From assembly GCA_041946735.1 (NCBI GenBank), contig JBHGAY010000009.1:1-64000 (forward strand): a stretch of DNA of 64,000 nt. Reading direction: 5' to 3'. The notes beneath the pieces are model-generated. The model was given only the letters and a program-made list of their open reading frames with translations. It did not search any database and was not told the origin of the DNA. Shown one piece after another: positions 28,033 through 37,323 of this stretch. Both the position numbers and the translations under genes were made by a program. This DNA comes from Candidatus Eiseniibacteriota bacterium (GTDB taxonomy: Bacteria > Eisenbacteria > RBG-16-71-46 > CAIMUX01 > VGJL01). Position 1 is the stretch's first letter. Every line of letters begins with the position of its first letter.

Positions 28033-29430
28033 ATGGAGACACGCGAAGTGCACGACACGATGGGGACGATGACCGTACCGGCCGACGCGTACTGGGGCGC
28101 CCAGACCGCTCGGGCGCGCGAGAACTTCCCGATCAGCGGGCTCGGCCCGCACCCGGAGTTCGTGCGGGCCCTCGCGGCGATCAAGCTCGCTGCAGCGCGG
28201 GTGAACGGCTCGCTCGGCCTGCTCCCGCGGGAGCGTTCCGATGCGATCGCGCAGGCGGCCCAGGAGATCTACGAGGGAAAGCTCCGGGAGCAGTTCGTCG
28301 TCGACGTCTTCAACGCCGGGGCTGGAACGTCGATGCACATGAACGCGAACGAGGTGATCGCGAGCCGCGCGAGCGAGATCCTTGGAGGCTCGCGGGGGGA
28401 CACCGGGCGGGTCCATCCGAACGACCACGTCAACCTCGGCCAGTCGACGAACGACGTCATCCCGACCGCCATCCGGCTGGCCGGCCTCGTCCTGTCCCAA
28501 CGTCTGGCCGATGCCGCCGAGGATCTCGCCGCTGCCTTCGACCGCAAGGCGGCCGAGTTCGACGGCGTGGTGAAGAGCGGGCGCACCCACCTGCAGGACG
28601 CCGTTCCGATCCGTCTCGGTCAGGAATTCCACGCCTGGGGGAGCGCGATGCGCGCGTGCGCTCGCACGATCCGCCATGCGTCGGACGGCCTGAGGGAGCT
28701 GGGGATCGGCGGGAGCGCCGCCGGCACCGGACTGAACAATCATCCCGACAGCCGGCGGCGGATCGTCGCCGAGCTCGCGAGCCTCTACGGGACCGAGCTA
28801 CGCCCGGCAGAGGATCTCTTCGAGGCGATGCAGTCCCACCGTCCCGCCGTGGAGGCGAGCGGCGCCGCCCGAGCGCTCGCCTGCGAGCTGATCCGCATCA
28901 CCAACGATCTCCGCCTGCTCTCTTCGGGCCCTCGCACGGGGCTCGCCGAGGTCGTGTTGCCGGCCGTGCAGCCGGGCTCCTCGATCATGCCCGGCAAGGT
29001 GAATCCGGTGATCGCCGAGGTGACCGCGATGGTCGCCTTCCATGCGATCGGCTGCGACGTGACGATCACCATGGCGGCGCAGGCGGGACAGCTCGAGCTG
29101 AACGTGATGATGCCGGTCATCGCCTTCGATCTTCTCTTCGCGCTCGACACGCTCGCCCGCGCCGTCACGAACCTGCGGGAGCGCTGCGTCGAGGGGATCA
29201 CGGCGAACGAGGAGCGGTGCCGGGCGTATGCGGAGGACTCGGTCGCGATCGCCACGATCCTCAATCCTGTGATCGGATACGAGCGGGCGGCTGCGATCGT
29301 GAAAGAGGCGGTCGCGAGCGGCAGATCGATCCGCGAGACCCTCGAGGCGAGCGGCCTGCTGAGCCGCGAGCAGATCGCGGAGGTATTCGACCTCAGGCGT
29401 TGGACCGAGCCGGGATTGCTGAAGCCCTGA
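28033..29430 (+). CDS. class II fumarate hydratase / aspartate ammonia-lyase family
   Basis: WGAQT, GAGTSMHMNANEV, QSTND, GRTHLQDAVP and GSSIMPGKVNP. fumC and aspA cannot be separated by eye. Confidence 0.9.
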   Translation: METREVHDTMGTMTVPADAYWGAQTARARENFPISGLGPHPEFVRALAAIKLAAARVNGSLGLLPRERSDAIAQAAQEIYEGKLREQFVVDVFNAGAGTSMHMNANEVIASRASEILGGSRGDTGRVHPNDHVNLGQSTNDVIPTAIRLAGLVLSQRLADAAEDLAAAFDRKAAEFDGVVKSGRTHLQDAVPIRLGQEFHAWGSAMRACARTIRHASDGLRELGIGGSAAGTGLNNHPDSRRRIVAELASLYGTELRPAEDLFEAMQSHRPAVEASGAARALACELIRITNDLRLLSSGPRTGLAEVVLPAVQPGSSIMPGKVNPVIAEVTAMVAFHAIGCDVTITMAAQAGQLELNVMMPVIAFDLLFALDTLARAVTNLRERCVEGITANEERCRAYAEDSVAIATILNPVIGYERAAAIVKEAVASGRSIRETLEASGLLSREQIAEVFDLRRWTEPGLLKP

Positions 29431-29487
29431 AGCGGGGGCGGCCGGGCCGTGCCTCGGCCGGTCCGCGCCCCGCGATGCCGCCTTCCG

Positions 29488-31743
29488 CTAGCCCGCGCGA
29501 CGCTGCGCCGCCGCCTGCACAACCCCCATCGCGGTCAGGTTCACGACGTCCTCGACGGAGGCGCCGTACTGGAGCAAGTGCACGGGCCGGCGCGTCCCCA
29601 TCAGCACCGGACCGACCAGCACCGATTCGGCCATGCGTTGCACCAGGTGCAGGGCCAGGTTCCCCGACTGAAGGTCGGGAAAGACGAGGACGTTCGCGTC
29701 CTGCCGCAGATCGGTGAACGGGAAGTAGACGCGACGGATCGAGGAGTCGAGCGCCGTCACGAGCTGCATCTCGCCGTCGGCCGCCAGCTCCGGCGCCCGC
29801 GACTTCAGGATCTCGGTCGCGCGGCGGACCTTCCATGCGTGGGGATGGTCGACCGAGCCGAAGTTCGAGAAGGAGAGCATGGCGACGCGCGGCTCGAAGC
29901 CGAGCGTGCGGACCATCCGCGCCGCAAGCAGCGCGATCTCCGCGAGTTCCTCGGCGCCGGGATCGATGTTCACGGCGCAGTCGGCGAGGAAGTAGACCTG
30001 CTTCGGCAGCAGGACCATGAAGTGACCGGAGATCCTCTGGACGCCGGGCGCGGGACCGATCGCCTCGACCACCGTGCGAAGGGAGTCGACGTAGTGCGCC
30101 GCCACGCCGGAGATCATCACGTCGGCTTCCTCCGCGTCGAGCATCATCGCTGCGAAGAGCTCCGGGGTCGCGACGCGCTTGTGCGCCATCGGCAGCGTGA
30201 CGCCGTGCCTGCCGCGGCGCTCGAAGTACCGCTGCGCGTAGCTTTCGAGCCTCGGGCTGCGGGCGGGATCGAGGATCGCGACCGGGCCGAGATCCAGGCC
30301 GAGCCGCTGCACCGTCCCGCGGACCTCTTCCTCGCTCCCGAGCAGGACCGGGCTCGCGATCCCCTCGTCGGCCAGCACGTGGCAGGCGCGCAGCACGGTC
30401 TCGTTCGATCCTTCCGGAAAAACGACCCGCAGGCGCTCCTGGCGCGCCTTCAGGATCAGCTGCCGCATCGTCTCACGGCCCGTGCCGATCCGGATCTCGA
30501 GGCGCTCTTGATACGCGCCGATCTCGCTCCCCCGCCTCGCGATCCCCTCCGCGATCGCCTCGCGCGCAACCGCCGCCGACTCGTGCACGAAAACGCGAGG
30601 ATCGATCGGCTTGGGCAACAGATACTCCGGGCCGAAGCGGATCGTCTCCCCGCCGTAGGCGCGGATCACGTCTTCGACGACGTCTTCGCGGGCGAGATCG
30701 GCGAGGGAGCGCGCCGCCGCCAGCATCATCCCCTCGGTGATCGCGCTCGCCTGCACGTCGAGCGCGCCGCGGAAGACGTACGGGAAGGAGAGAAGGTCGC
30801 TGATCGCGTTCGGGTGCTCGCCGAGGCTCGTCGCGACGATCGCGTCGCGACGGCTTTCGCGCGCGGAGGCGTAGTCGATCTCCGGTTCGGGCGTCGCCAA
30901 CGCGAAGACGATCGGGTAGCGCGCCATCGCGCGGATCGCTTCGGCGTTGACGACGCCGCCGGCGGAGGCGCCCAGGAAGACGTCGGCCCCTTCCATCCCC
31001 TCGAGCAGCGTCCGCGCCTTCTCGTCGCGCGCGAACGCCCGCTGGTACTCATCCAGATCGTCCCGGTCCGGATGGATCAGGCCGTGGACGTCGTAGAGCA
31101 GCAGGTTCTCCGGGCGAACCCCGAGACGCAGGAGCAGGCGAGCGCAGCCGATCCCGACCGTCCCCGCCCCGCTGAGGACGACTCGGGCCGACTCGATCCG
31201 TTTCTCGGCGAGATCGAGCGCGTTCGTCAGGGCGGCGGCCGCCACGATCGCCGTGCTGTACAGGTTCTCGTGAAAGACCGGGATCGAGAGGGACTGACGG
31301 AGCCGGTCGTAGATCCGGAGCCCCTCCGGCGCGCGGATGTCCTTCAGGTTGATCCCGCCGAACGTCGGCTCGAGCAGCCGCACCGTCTCGATCATCGCTT
31401 CCGGGTCGCGCGTGTCGAGCTCCAGGTCGAAGACGTCGATGTCGGCGAGGCGCTTGAACAGGACGGCGATCCCCTCCTGCATCGGCTTCGCTGCGCCGGC
31501 TCCGACGTCGCCCAGTCCCGGCACGGCGGACCCGTTCGTCACGACGCCGACCAAGTTGCCGCGCGAGGTGTAGCGGTAGATTGCCTGCGGATCGGCCGCG
31601 ATCGCTTCGGACGGAAAGCGCGCGCCGGGAAGATAGGCGAGGCGGATCTCGCGCGGCGAGAGGCACGGCTTGATCGCGCGCAGCTCGATCTTCCCCGGAC
31701 GCTCCCCCCCGTGGTACTCGAGCGCATCGTCTCGGCGGATCAT
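29488..31743 (-). CDS. MaeB-like malic enzyme-phosphotransacetylase hybrid with substituted catalytic residues
   Basis: RGNLVGVVTNG, DVFDLEL, LEPTFGGINL and FPYVFRGALD, then a PTA-like domain (RVVFPEG, ADCAVN, LSFSNFGS, DGEMQ). Substitutions: EGK>EGI, NLED>NLKD, HDDQHG>HENLYS. Confidence 0.85.
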   Translation of the reverse strand: MIRRDDALEYHGGERPGKIELRAIKPCLSPREIRLAYLPGARFPSEAIAADPQAIYRYTSRGNLVGVVTNGSAVPGLGDVGAGAAKPMQEGIAVLFKRLADIDVFDLELDTRDPEAMIETVRLLEPTFGGINLKDIRAPEGLRIYDRLRQSLSIPVFHENLYSTAIVAAAALTNALDLAEKRIESARVVLSGAGTVGIGCARLLLRLGVRPENLLLYDVHGLIHPDRDDLDEYQRAFARDEKARTLLEGMEGADVFLGASAGGVVNAEAIRAMARYPIVFALATPEPEIDYASARESRRDAIVATSLGEHPNAISDLLSFPYVFRGALDVQASAITEGMMLAAARSLADLAREDVVEDVIRAYGGETIRFGPEYLLPKPIDPRVFVHESAAVAREAIAEGIARRGSEIGAYQERLEIRIGTGRETMRQLILKARQERLRVVFPEGSNETVLRACHVLADEGIASPVLLGSEEEVRGTVQRLGLDLGPVAILDPARSPRLESYAQRYFERRGRHGVTLPMAHKRVATPELFAAMMLDAEEADVMISGVAAHYVDSLRTVVEAIGPAPGVQRISGHFMVLLPKQVYFLADCAVNIDPGAEELAEIALLAARMVRTLGFEPRVAMLSFSNFGSVDHPHAWKVRRATEILKSRAPELAADGEMQLVTALDSSIRRVYFPFTDLRQDANVLVFPDLQSGNLALHLVQRMAESVLVGPVLMGTRRPVHLLQYGASVEDVVNLTAMGVVQAAAQRRAG

Positions 31744-34700
31744 CCGTCCTCCTTCCGCCCTGCGGCGGAGTTCTGCGGCGCGTCCCCTTCTTCGGCCCGG
31801 TCGTCGTCCAGCTCGGCGGGCAGCGGATCGCGAGAGCACGAGTCGGCAAGCGCGAGCAGCACGCTCGCGACCGGCCGCGCCTGCAGGATCCGCAGGTCCG
31901 CCCCCTCGAAGCCGAACTCGATGTCGAGGGGGATGCCGTATCCGTCCTCGAGCGCACGTGCGGCGCGCACGAGATCGAGAAGCTCCGGGTATTCGAGGGC
32001 CGCGCGGAATCGCTCGTGGTAGCGCGTCGCCACCCGGATCGTTCCGCTCCCGCGCTGCTCGTCGAAGACGACCTTGTCCTGCTTGTCGCCGATCACGTAA
32101 CGGAAGCGCAGCTCGGGCGCCGCGGCCGGTTGCGACGTCGCGCCGGCGGGCTCCGCGTCCTTTTCGATGAAGATCCGATCGCTACCGACCTGCCCCGAGA
32201 CGATCCCTTCGCCGAGGCCGAGGCAGACGTTCACGACCATCTCGCGCATCTTCCCTTCGGCGGCGTTCACCGTCTGCAGGACCCCGGAGACCCGCGACCA
32301 GGCGATCCGCTGCACGAGGATGCCACCGCCCCCTTCGCGGCGCCCTGGCATGCAGGCGGGGGCGCCGGCGGCGGCGGCGGCTGCGCAGGAACCGGCGGCG
32401 CCGCCCGTCGGACGGCCGAAGAGTGCGCGGTTGTGAATCGCGCGCTCCGTCCAGAAACCGCTCCAGGCGCGCCGGACGTGAGAGAGAAGCTCTCGTTCCC
32501 CGCGAACCATCAGGAAAGTCTCGAACTCCCCGGCCCGCGTCGCGGCGCTCGTATCCTCCTCGAGGCCCGAAGACCGCACGGCGACGAACGGCATGCCCGT
32601 ATCGCGATCCGGGCAGCCCGGGCCGCCCAGGCGGCGGTATGCCTCGACGATGGCGGCGGCGACCGGCTCCGGGATCGAGGCCGCTTCCCAGAGCTTGCCG
32701 ATCATCCAGGACTTCTGGGCGTCCGTCGTATCCGGATCGGCCAGGATCCCGTCGATCGCCTCGCGCAGTGTGCCCGCCTGCCCGTCCCCGAGCGGCGCCG
32801 CCATCGTCCATCGAAGGGCGAAGTCGGTCACGGCGAACCAGGGCGGAACCGGCCGCGGCCCGAGGAGGTGGGCAACTCGCGTGAGATTGGCCGCCTTGCT
32901 GCCGATCCACGGGAGCATCTCGTAGCCGCCATCCATAGGATCGAGAACGATCTTCTCGCCAAGGAGCGCCGCGCGCTCGCAATCTCGAGCCTCGATGGCT
33001 TCGCGGATCGCGTTCGCCCGCGCGTCGCGCGAGCGTCGAATCTCTACGCGGCGCGCGCCCGCCGGCAGCAAGGAGTCGAGCAAGGAGAGCGCCTCCAGAC
33101 GGCCGCGCGCCCGCGCGAGTTGCTCGCCGTTGGCGAGATCGAGACAGCCGCTCGCCGCAAGCTCCTCGGCCAGGCGATCACGGAGGATCCGTAGCCGCCG
33201 GCCGGCGAGGCGGTCGAGACGATCGAGACGATCGAGACTCTCGAGACTCTCGCGACGTTCGAAACCTTCGCGGCGCTCGAGACCCTCCACGCGACCGGGA
33301 GAGTGGAAGCCGCCGGGCGCCGACGATGGCGACGAAGCCCGCGCAGGCTCCGACGCGGCGGCGCACCCGACCTCGTCGAACGCCGCGTCGCGGAGCGCTT
33401 CCGCCTCCCTCGCGCTCTTGAAGACTTCGAGCAGGCGGCGCCGCAGCATCAGGATCTCGAGCGGGTCGCCGGAGGAGGCGACGGCGGCCTCGGTCTCCGC
33501 AAGGAGCCGTTCGCGCCGGCCGGTCCGCTCGCGCGCGACCGCCGCGATCCGCTGTCCCGCCGCCGCTCCGACCCTCGGATTGGCCAGAAGGTTGCGAAGC
33601 AGCGCTCCCCGCGAGGAAGCGAGCGCGGCATCCTCGGGCGCGATGCGGCCGATCTCGTCGATCGCAAAGACGGCGAGGCGAGGATCTTCGATGCGGTCGA
33701 GCAGCCGGCCGAGCTGATGCCTCGCCCGCAAGCGCCGGCCGCGGATCTCGAGCAACTCCGCCTCGTCGGCGGCGCTGCCGAGTCGACGCTCGCAGTCCGC
33801 CAGAGTGGAGAGCGCCGCGCGAAGGGCGAGGGCGTCGGGGTCCTGGCCGAGGACTTCGAGCGTCCCGCTCTCGGCGTCGAGCACGAGGAGGTCTCCTTCA
33901 CGCAAGCGATCCTGGCCGAGCGAACGCCGGGACCGGGCGCGGATCGGAACTCCGCGCACCTCGCTCACGGTCTCCTCCTCCTCGAAGCGCTCGAACGGGA
34001 GAGACCAGGAGCCGCCGGAATCCAGGCGAGGCTCGCCCGGAACGAGGAGAGCCGGCTTGCGGAACTGCAAGGCGAGCAGGCCGGCATGGCTCAGGATCGC
34101 GCCGCCGGTCGAGACGATCCCGGAGGCGCGGTAGAGGAAGGTGTTGTCCTCGGGCCGGAGTGTCGCGCTCACGAGGATCGCGCCGTCGAGATCGGCGGGC
34201 TTGCGCCCCGTCGTGCCGAAACGGGCGAGGCCCGCCGCGCGCCCGCCGGAGACGATGGTACCGGCCAGCAGCCGAGCGCCGGGGGTCGACTCGGCCGGCG
34301 GGGCCGGGCCGGCCCGTTCGAGCATTTCCGCCGCGATCGCCGCGTCCTCCCCCGGCGCCGGCGCGTCCCGGCCTCCGACCGGGAACCCGTAACGCCGCAG
34401 CTCGGCGGTGATCTTCTCCGGATCCTCGGACGCGTTCGCCTTCCAGGGATCCCGTTCGCCCTGCCTACGGGAAAACAGGAGACCCTCGCGCGCGACGAGA
34501 GCGAAGCGCGGGACGCGATCCCGATCGAGCAGCAGGTAGATCCGCGGGCGGGTGCCGGGAAGCTCGACCGTGGCGGCGATCGTCTCGTATCCGTTGACCG
34601 ACCCGGTCGTCTCGACTCGTAGCCCCGGGAAGATACCAGCGAGCAGGCGGGCGCGCTCGTAGGACTTCCACCTCTCCGTCCCCGCGCAGAGCAGGAGCCG

Positions 34701-37163
34701 CGCGAACCGCTCCGTTTCGTGTTCGCGCCGGAACCGCGAGGCAGGGGTCCGCGAGATCCGGTCGAGGCCGGCGATCGCCTCCCCGCGGAGAACGGCGTCG
34801 CGGAGCGGAGCGAGGCAGGCGCGCTCCAGCGCCTCCTGGCCGGGATCGCGGGCGATCGCCTCGAGATCGGGAACGAGGTCGCGAAGTCCCGCCTCGCGGA
34901 GCCGCGCGTCCAGCCGCGAAACGAGCCGCCGGCCGCTGGGAGAAGCGAAGGGGATGGGGCAGGCGCCCGCCCCGCTCCATGGCACCTCGCGGTTCCCGTC
35001 CGGCCCGACGCGCCATCCGGACAGAACGGCCCGGCGGTCGCGCGTGAGGAAGCGCTCGTACGGGATCGTTCCCCAGAGCAGGAAGAAGCGGCTCCACGCG
35101 TCCGCGACGGAGAGCTTCTCCTCGGCCGAGTGCGTCGTGGCGCTTATCGTCCAGTCGAGATCCATCAGGAGCGGCAGCATCCGGAAGAGCAGCGAGGCGC
35201 GCATGCGGAGGTCGCCGAGGGTGGCAGCCCGCTCCTTGTCGTAGCGGGCGTGCACCCGGGTCGAGGCGACGGCGCAATCGAAGTCCAGCCGCTCGAACAG
35301 CGTGCGGATTGCGGGGAGCTGGGGCGCGGGATGGCTCTCCAGCTCGTTCTTGCTGACGCCGTAGTACTCGAGGTCGATCATCCCGCCGCGCGAGGGAGGC
35401 GACCAGTCGATCCGCAGCAGCGCCGGATGGCTCCCGAACGAGACGTAGTAGTGCACCTCGTTGCCGTAGCCGAAGACCTTCACGTCCGGGAGCGGGCCCG
35501 AGCCGGCGGTCAGATGGCGCGCGCACGCTTCGACGAGGAGGCGCACCGACAGCGGGAGATCGAGCGGCTCTCCGTCACGGCGGTCGAGCGGCTCGTACTC
35601 GACGTACTCGATCGGGCGCGCGAGATGGAGAATCCGCTCCGGCGAGGCGTGCACCAGGTCGACCGTGCGGTTCGTCCCTTGAGCGGCGTCCATGAGGCGG
35701 AACCCGAGGCGGAGGCCCTTCTGATGCAGGTAGCGTTTCAATCCGTGCAGCGTCCGCACCTGGTCGAGCGCCCGGGGATCTTCGAACATCGTGACGAGGC
35801 GCGTGAGGTCGCCGCCGAGCGGCGCGTCGGGCGCGGCGTGCTCGAGCCCCCCCACGATCCTTTCGCGCATCGTCCCGTAGAGCTCAGGCAGCCGTCTCGC
35901 CTCCGGATCGTGCTCCGAGAAGAGGACGGTGAAATCTCCGACGATTCGATCGCATGCGCCGACGAGCCGCCGGGCGCGCTCGCCGGTCAGCGGCGAAAGG
36001 CTCAGGATCTCGGCGAGCGCCGTCGCGTGCGCGAGGTTGTAGCGCCGGAAGAGAGCGATCCGATCCTCGCTCCCCTTCTTCGCCGTGCCGCCGCCGTCCG
36101 CCGAGGTTGCTGCGGCAGCTGCCCCGCCGCTTTCTGCTGCCGCAGTTGCCGCGGCGGTTGCCACGCCGCCGCCTGCCGCGGCGGTTGCGCCGCCTCCACC
36201 GTCACCCGCAGCCCCGCCACCGCCATGCGCGATGAGCAGGAACGATCGCGTTCGTCTGCCCGCGGCCGCGGTGGCCGCTCCGTCCGGATCTTCGAGAAGA
36301 AAGGCTTCCGATGGCCGCACCCGGAAGGGGAAGGTTTCTCCGACGGGGATCTCCACCTCTTCCTGCACCTCGAGGCCGAGGTTGACTCGGCTCCATCCCA
36401 GCTCGGCGATCGCGGCACCGAGGAGGCGGTCGCCGCAGCGCGCCTCCGCTTCCCGGAAGCTCTCGAGGACGGCCGGCGGCACCGCCCCGTTCGGAGCGAG
36501 GTCGAGCAGATCGAGATGGCTCGCCCTCGTGTAGGCGAAGTACGGGGCTAGGAAGCGGAATGCCTCCGGTCCGACGATCCGCTCCGCGCGCTTCGGCGGA
36601 ATGGGGGCTCCCCGGTCGTCCAGCGATCGGGCGGCGAGACGCCTCAGCCGCAAGTCGGAATCGTGGAGGAGGAGATCGACCAGCGGCTCGTCTCCGGGAT
36701 GCGGCGCTTCGGAGGCGAACCGCTCGAGGATCGCCCGCACCGGTCCGACCCAGCGCTCCGGAGGGACGGGAGCGGACTCGCCGGTCTCGAAGCGCGAAGC
36801 GAGACCGAGGGCAAGCGCGCGATCGACGGGCAGCCCGCCCTCGGCGGCGGCCCGCGCGAGATCGGGAAGCAGGGAGAAGGCGAGATCGGGATCGCGAGCG
36901 GCCAACAGGCCTCGCAGCAGCGGCCACGGATCGGGAGAGGCAAGCGCGACGGAACGGAGCCGGTCGAACAGCGGCCGGGCGAGCGCTCCGCCCCTTCGCT
37001 GCAGCAGGGGGAGCAAGCGGATCCAGAGATCGGCCCCGACCGCTCCCGATTCCGCCGCCTCCCCAAGGCTGGCACAAGCCGCCGCCACCCGCTCGGGACT
37101 CCCCATCGCGATCGCGAACTCGGCCTCGATCCGGCGACAGGTTTCCTCGGGATCCATCCGCAA
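31740..37163 (-). CDS. large (1807 aa) PEP-utilising/dikinase-like protein: unknown N-terminal region, phospho-His swivel domain, C-terminal ATP-grasp
   Basis: GIVSTGGAILSHAGLLA (swivel His motif), then GSKAANL, VAVRSSGLEED, GEFETFL, GLGEGIVSG and DIEFG. Stop overlaps the maeB-like start. Start uncertain. Confidence 0.8.
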   Translation of the reverse strand: MRMDPEETCRRIEAEFAIAMGSPERVAAACASLGEAAESGAVGADLWIRLLPLLQRRGGALARPLFDRLRSVALASPDPWPLLRGLLAARDPDLAFSLLPDLARAAAEGGLPVDRALALGLASRFETGESAPVPPERWVGPVRAILERFASEAPHPGDEPLVDLLLHDSDLRLRRLAARSLDDRGAPIPPKRAERIVGPEAFRFLAPYFAYTRASHLDLLDLAPNGAVPPAVLESFREAEARCGDRLLGAAIAELGWSRVNLGLEVQEEVEIPVGETFPFRVRPSEAFLLEDPDGAATAAAGRRTRSFLLIAHGGGGAAGDGGGGATAAAGGGVATAAATAAAESGGAAAAATSADGGGTAKKGSEDRIALFRRYNLAHATALAEILSLSPLTGERARRLVGACDRIVGDFTVLFSEHDPEARRLPELYGTMRERIVGGLEHAAPDAPLGGDLTRLVTMFEDPRALDQVRTLHGLKRYLHQKGLRLGFRLMDAAQGTNRTVDLVHASPERILHLARPIEYVEYEPLDRRDGEPLDLPLSVRLLVEACARHLTAGSGPLPDVKVFGYGNEVHYYVSFGSHPALLRIDWSPPSRGGMIDLEYYGVSKNELESHPAPQLPAIRTLFERLDFDCAVASTRVHARYDKERAATLGDLRMRASLLFRMLPLLMDLDWTISATTHSAEEKLSVADAWSRFFLLWGTIPYERFLTRDRRAVLSGWRVGPDGNREVPWSGAGACPIPFASPSGRRLVSRLDARLREAGLRDLVPDLEAIARDPGQEALERACLAPLRDAVLRGEAIAGLDRISRTPASRFRREHETERFARLLLCAGTERWKSYERARLLAGIFPGLRVETTGSVNGYETIAATVELPGTRPRIYLLLDRDRVPRFALVAREGLLFSRRQGERDPWKANASEDPEKITAELRRYGFPVGGRDAPAPGEDAAIAAEMLERAGPAPPAESTPGARLLAGTIVSGGRAAGLARFGTTGRKPADLDGAILVSATLRPEDNTFLYRASGIVSTGGAILSHAGLLALQFRKPALLVPGEPRLDSGGSWSLPFERFEEEETVSEVRGVPIRARSRRSLGQDRLREGDLLVLDAESGTLEVLGQDPDALALRAALSTLADCERRLGSAADEAELLEIRGRRLRARHQLGRLLDRIEDPRLAVFAIDEIGRIAPEDAALASSRGALLRNLLANPRVGAAAGQRIAAVARERTGRRERLLAETEAAVASSGDPLEILMLRRRLLEVFKSAREAEALRDAAFDEVGCAAASEPARASSPSSAPGGFHSPGRVEGLERREGFERRESLESLDRLDRLDRLAGRRLRILRDRLAEELAASGCLDLANGEQLARARGRLEALSLLDSLLPAGARRVEIRRSRDARANAIREAIEARDCERAALLGEKIVLDPMDGGYEMLPWIGSKAANLTRVAHLLGPRPVPPWFAVTDFALRWTMAAPLGDGQAGTLREAIDGILADPDTTDAQKSWMIGKLWEAASIPEPVAAAIVEAYRRLGGPGCPDRDTGMPFVAVRSSGLEEDTSAATRAGEFETFLMVRGERELLSHVRRAWSGFWTERAIHNRALFGRPTGGAAGSCAAAAAAGAPACMPGRREGGGGILVQRIAWSRVSGVLQTVNAAEGKMREMVVNVCLGLGEGIVSGQVGSDRIFIEKDAEPAGATSQPAAAPELRFRYVIGDKQDKVVFDEQRGSGTIRVATRYHERFRAALEYPELLDLVRAARALEDGYGIPLDIEFGFEGADLRILQARPVASVLLALADSCSRDPLPAELDDDRAEEGDAPQNSAAGRKEDG

Positions 37164-37323
37164 AGCATCCTACCTTCCTCGTCTTCCATCGTCAAATCGG
37201 AGCGCGAGTTCCAGCGATGGTGCCTTCCGCCGGATGGGTCACGCGGAGGGTGAAACCTGCCGCTCCTGCCGCTAGACTTGCTTGTTCGCCAGGTTCGACG
37301 AACGGCAACAAGAGAGGAACTCG

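Noticed and set aside
26917..28743. Extended ORF-track starts (lepB 608 aa, htrA 726 aa, PPIase 714 aa, NtrC 611 aa, NrfD 586 aa)
   Set aside because: The upstream extensions overlap neighbouring real genes. Starts were trimmed to RBS- or overlap-supported codons.
29488..31743. maeB pseudogene
   Set aside because: The reading frame is intact and full-length with conserved structural motifs, so it was treated as a divergent protein instead.
31740..37163. Canonical ppsA/ppdK
   Set aside because: The domain order is reversed and there is no C-terminal pyruvate-binding barrel.
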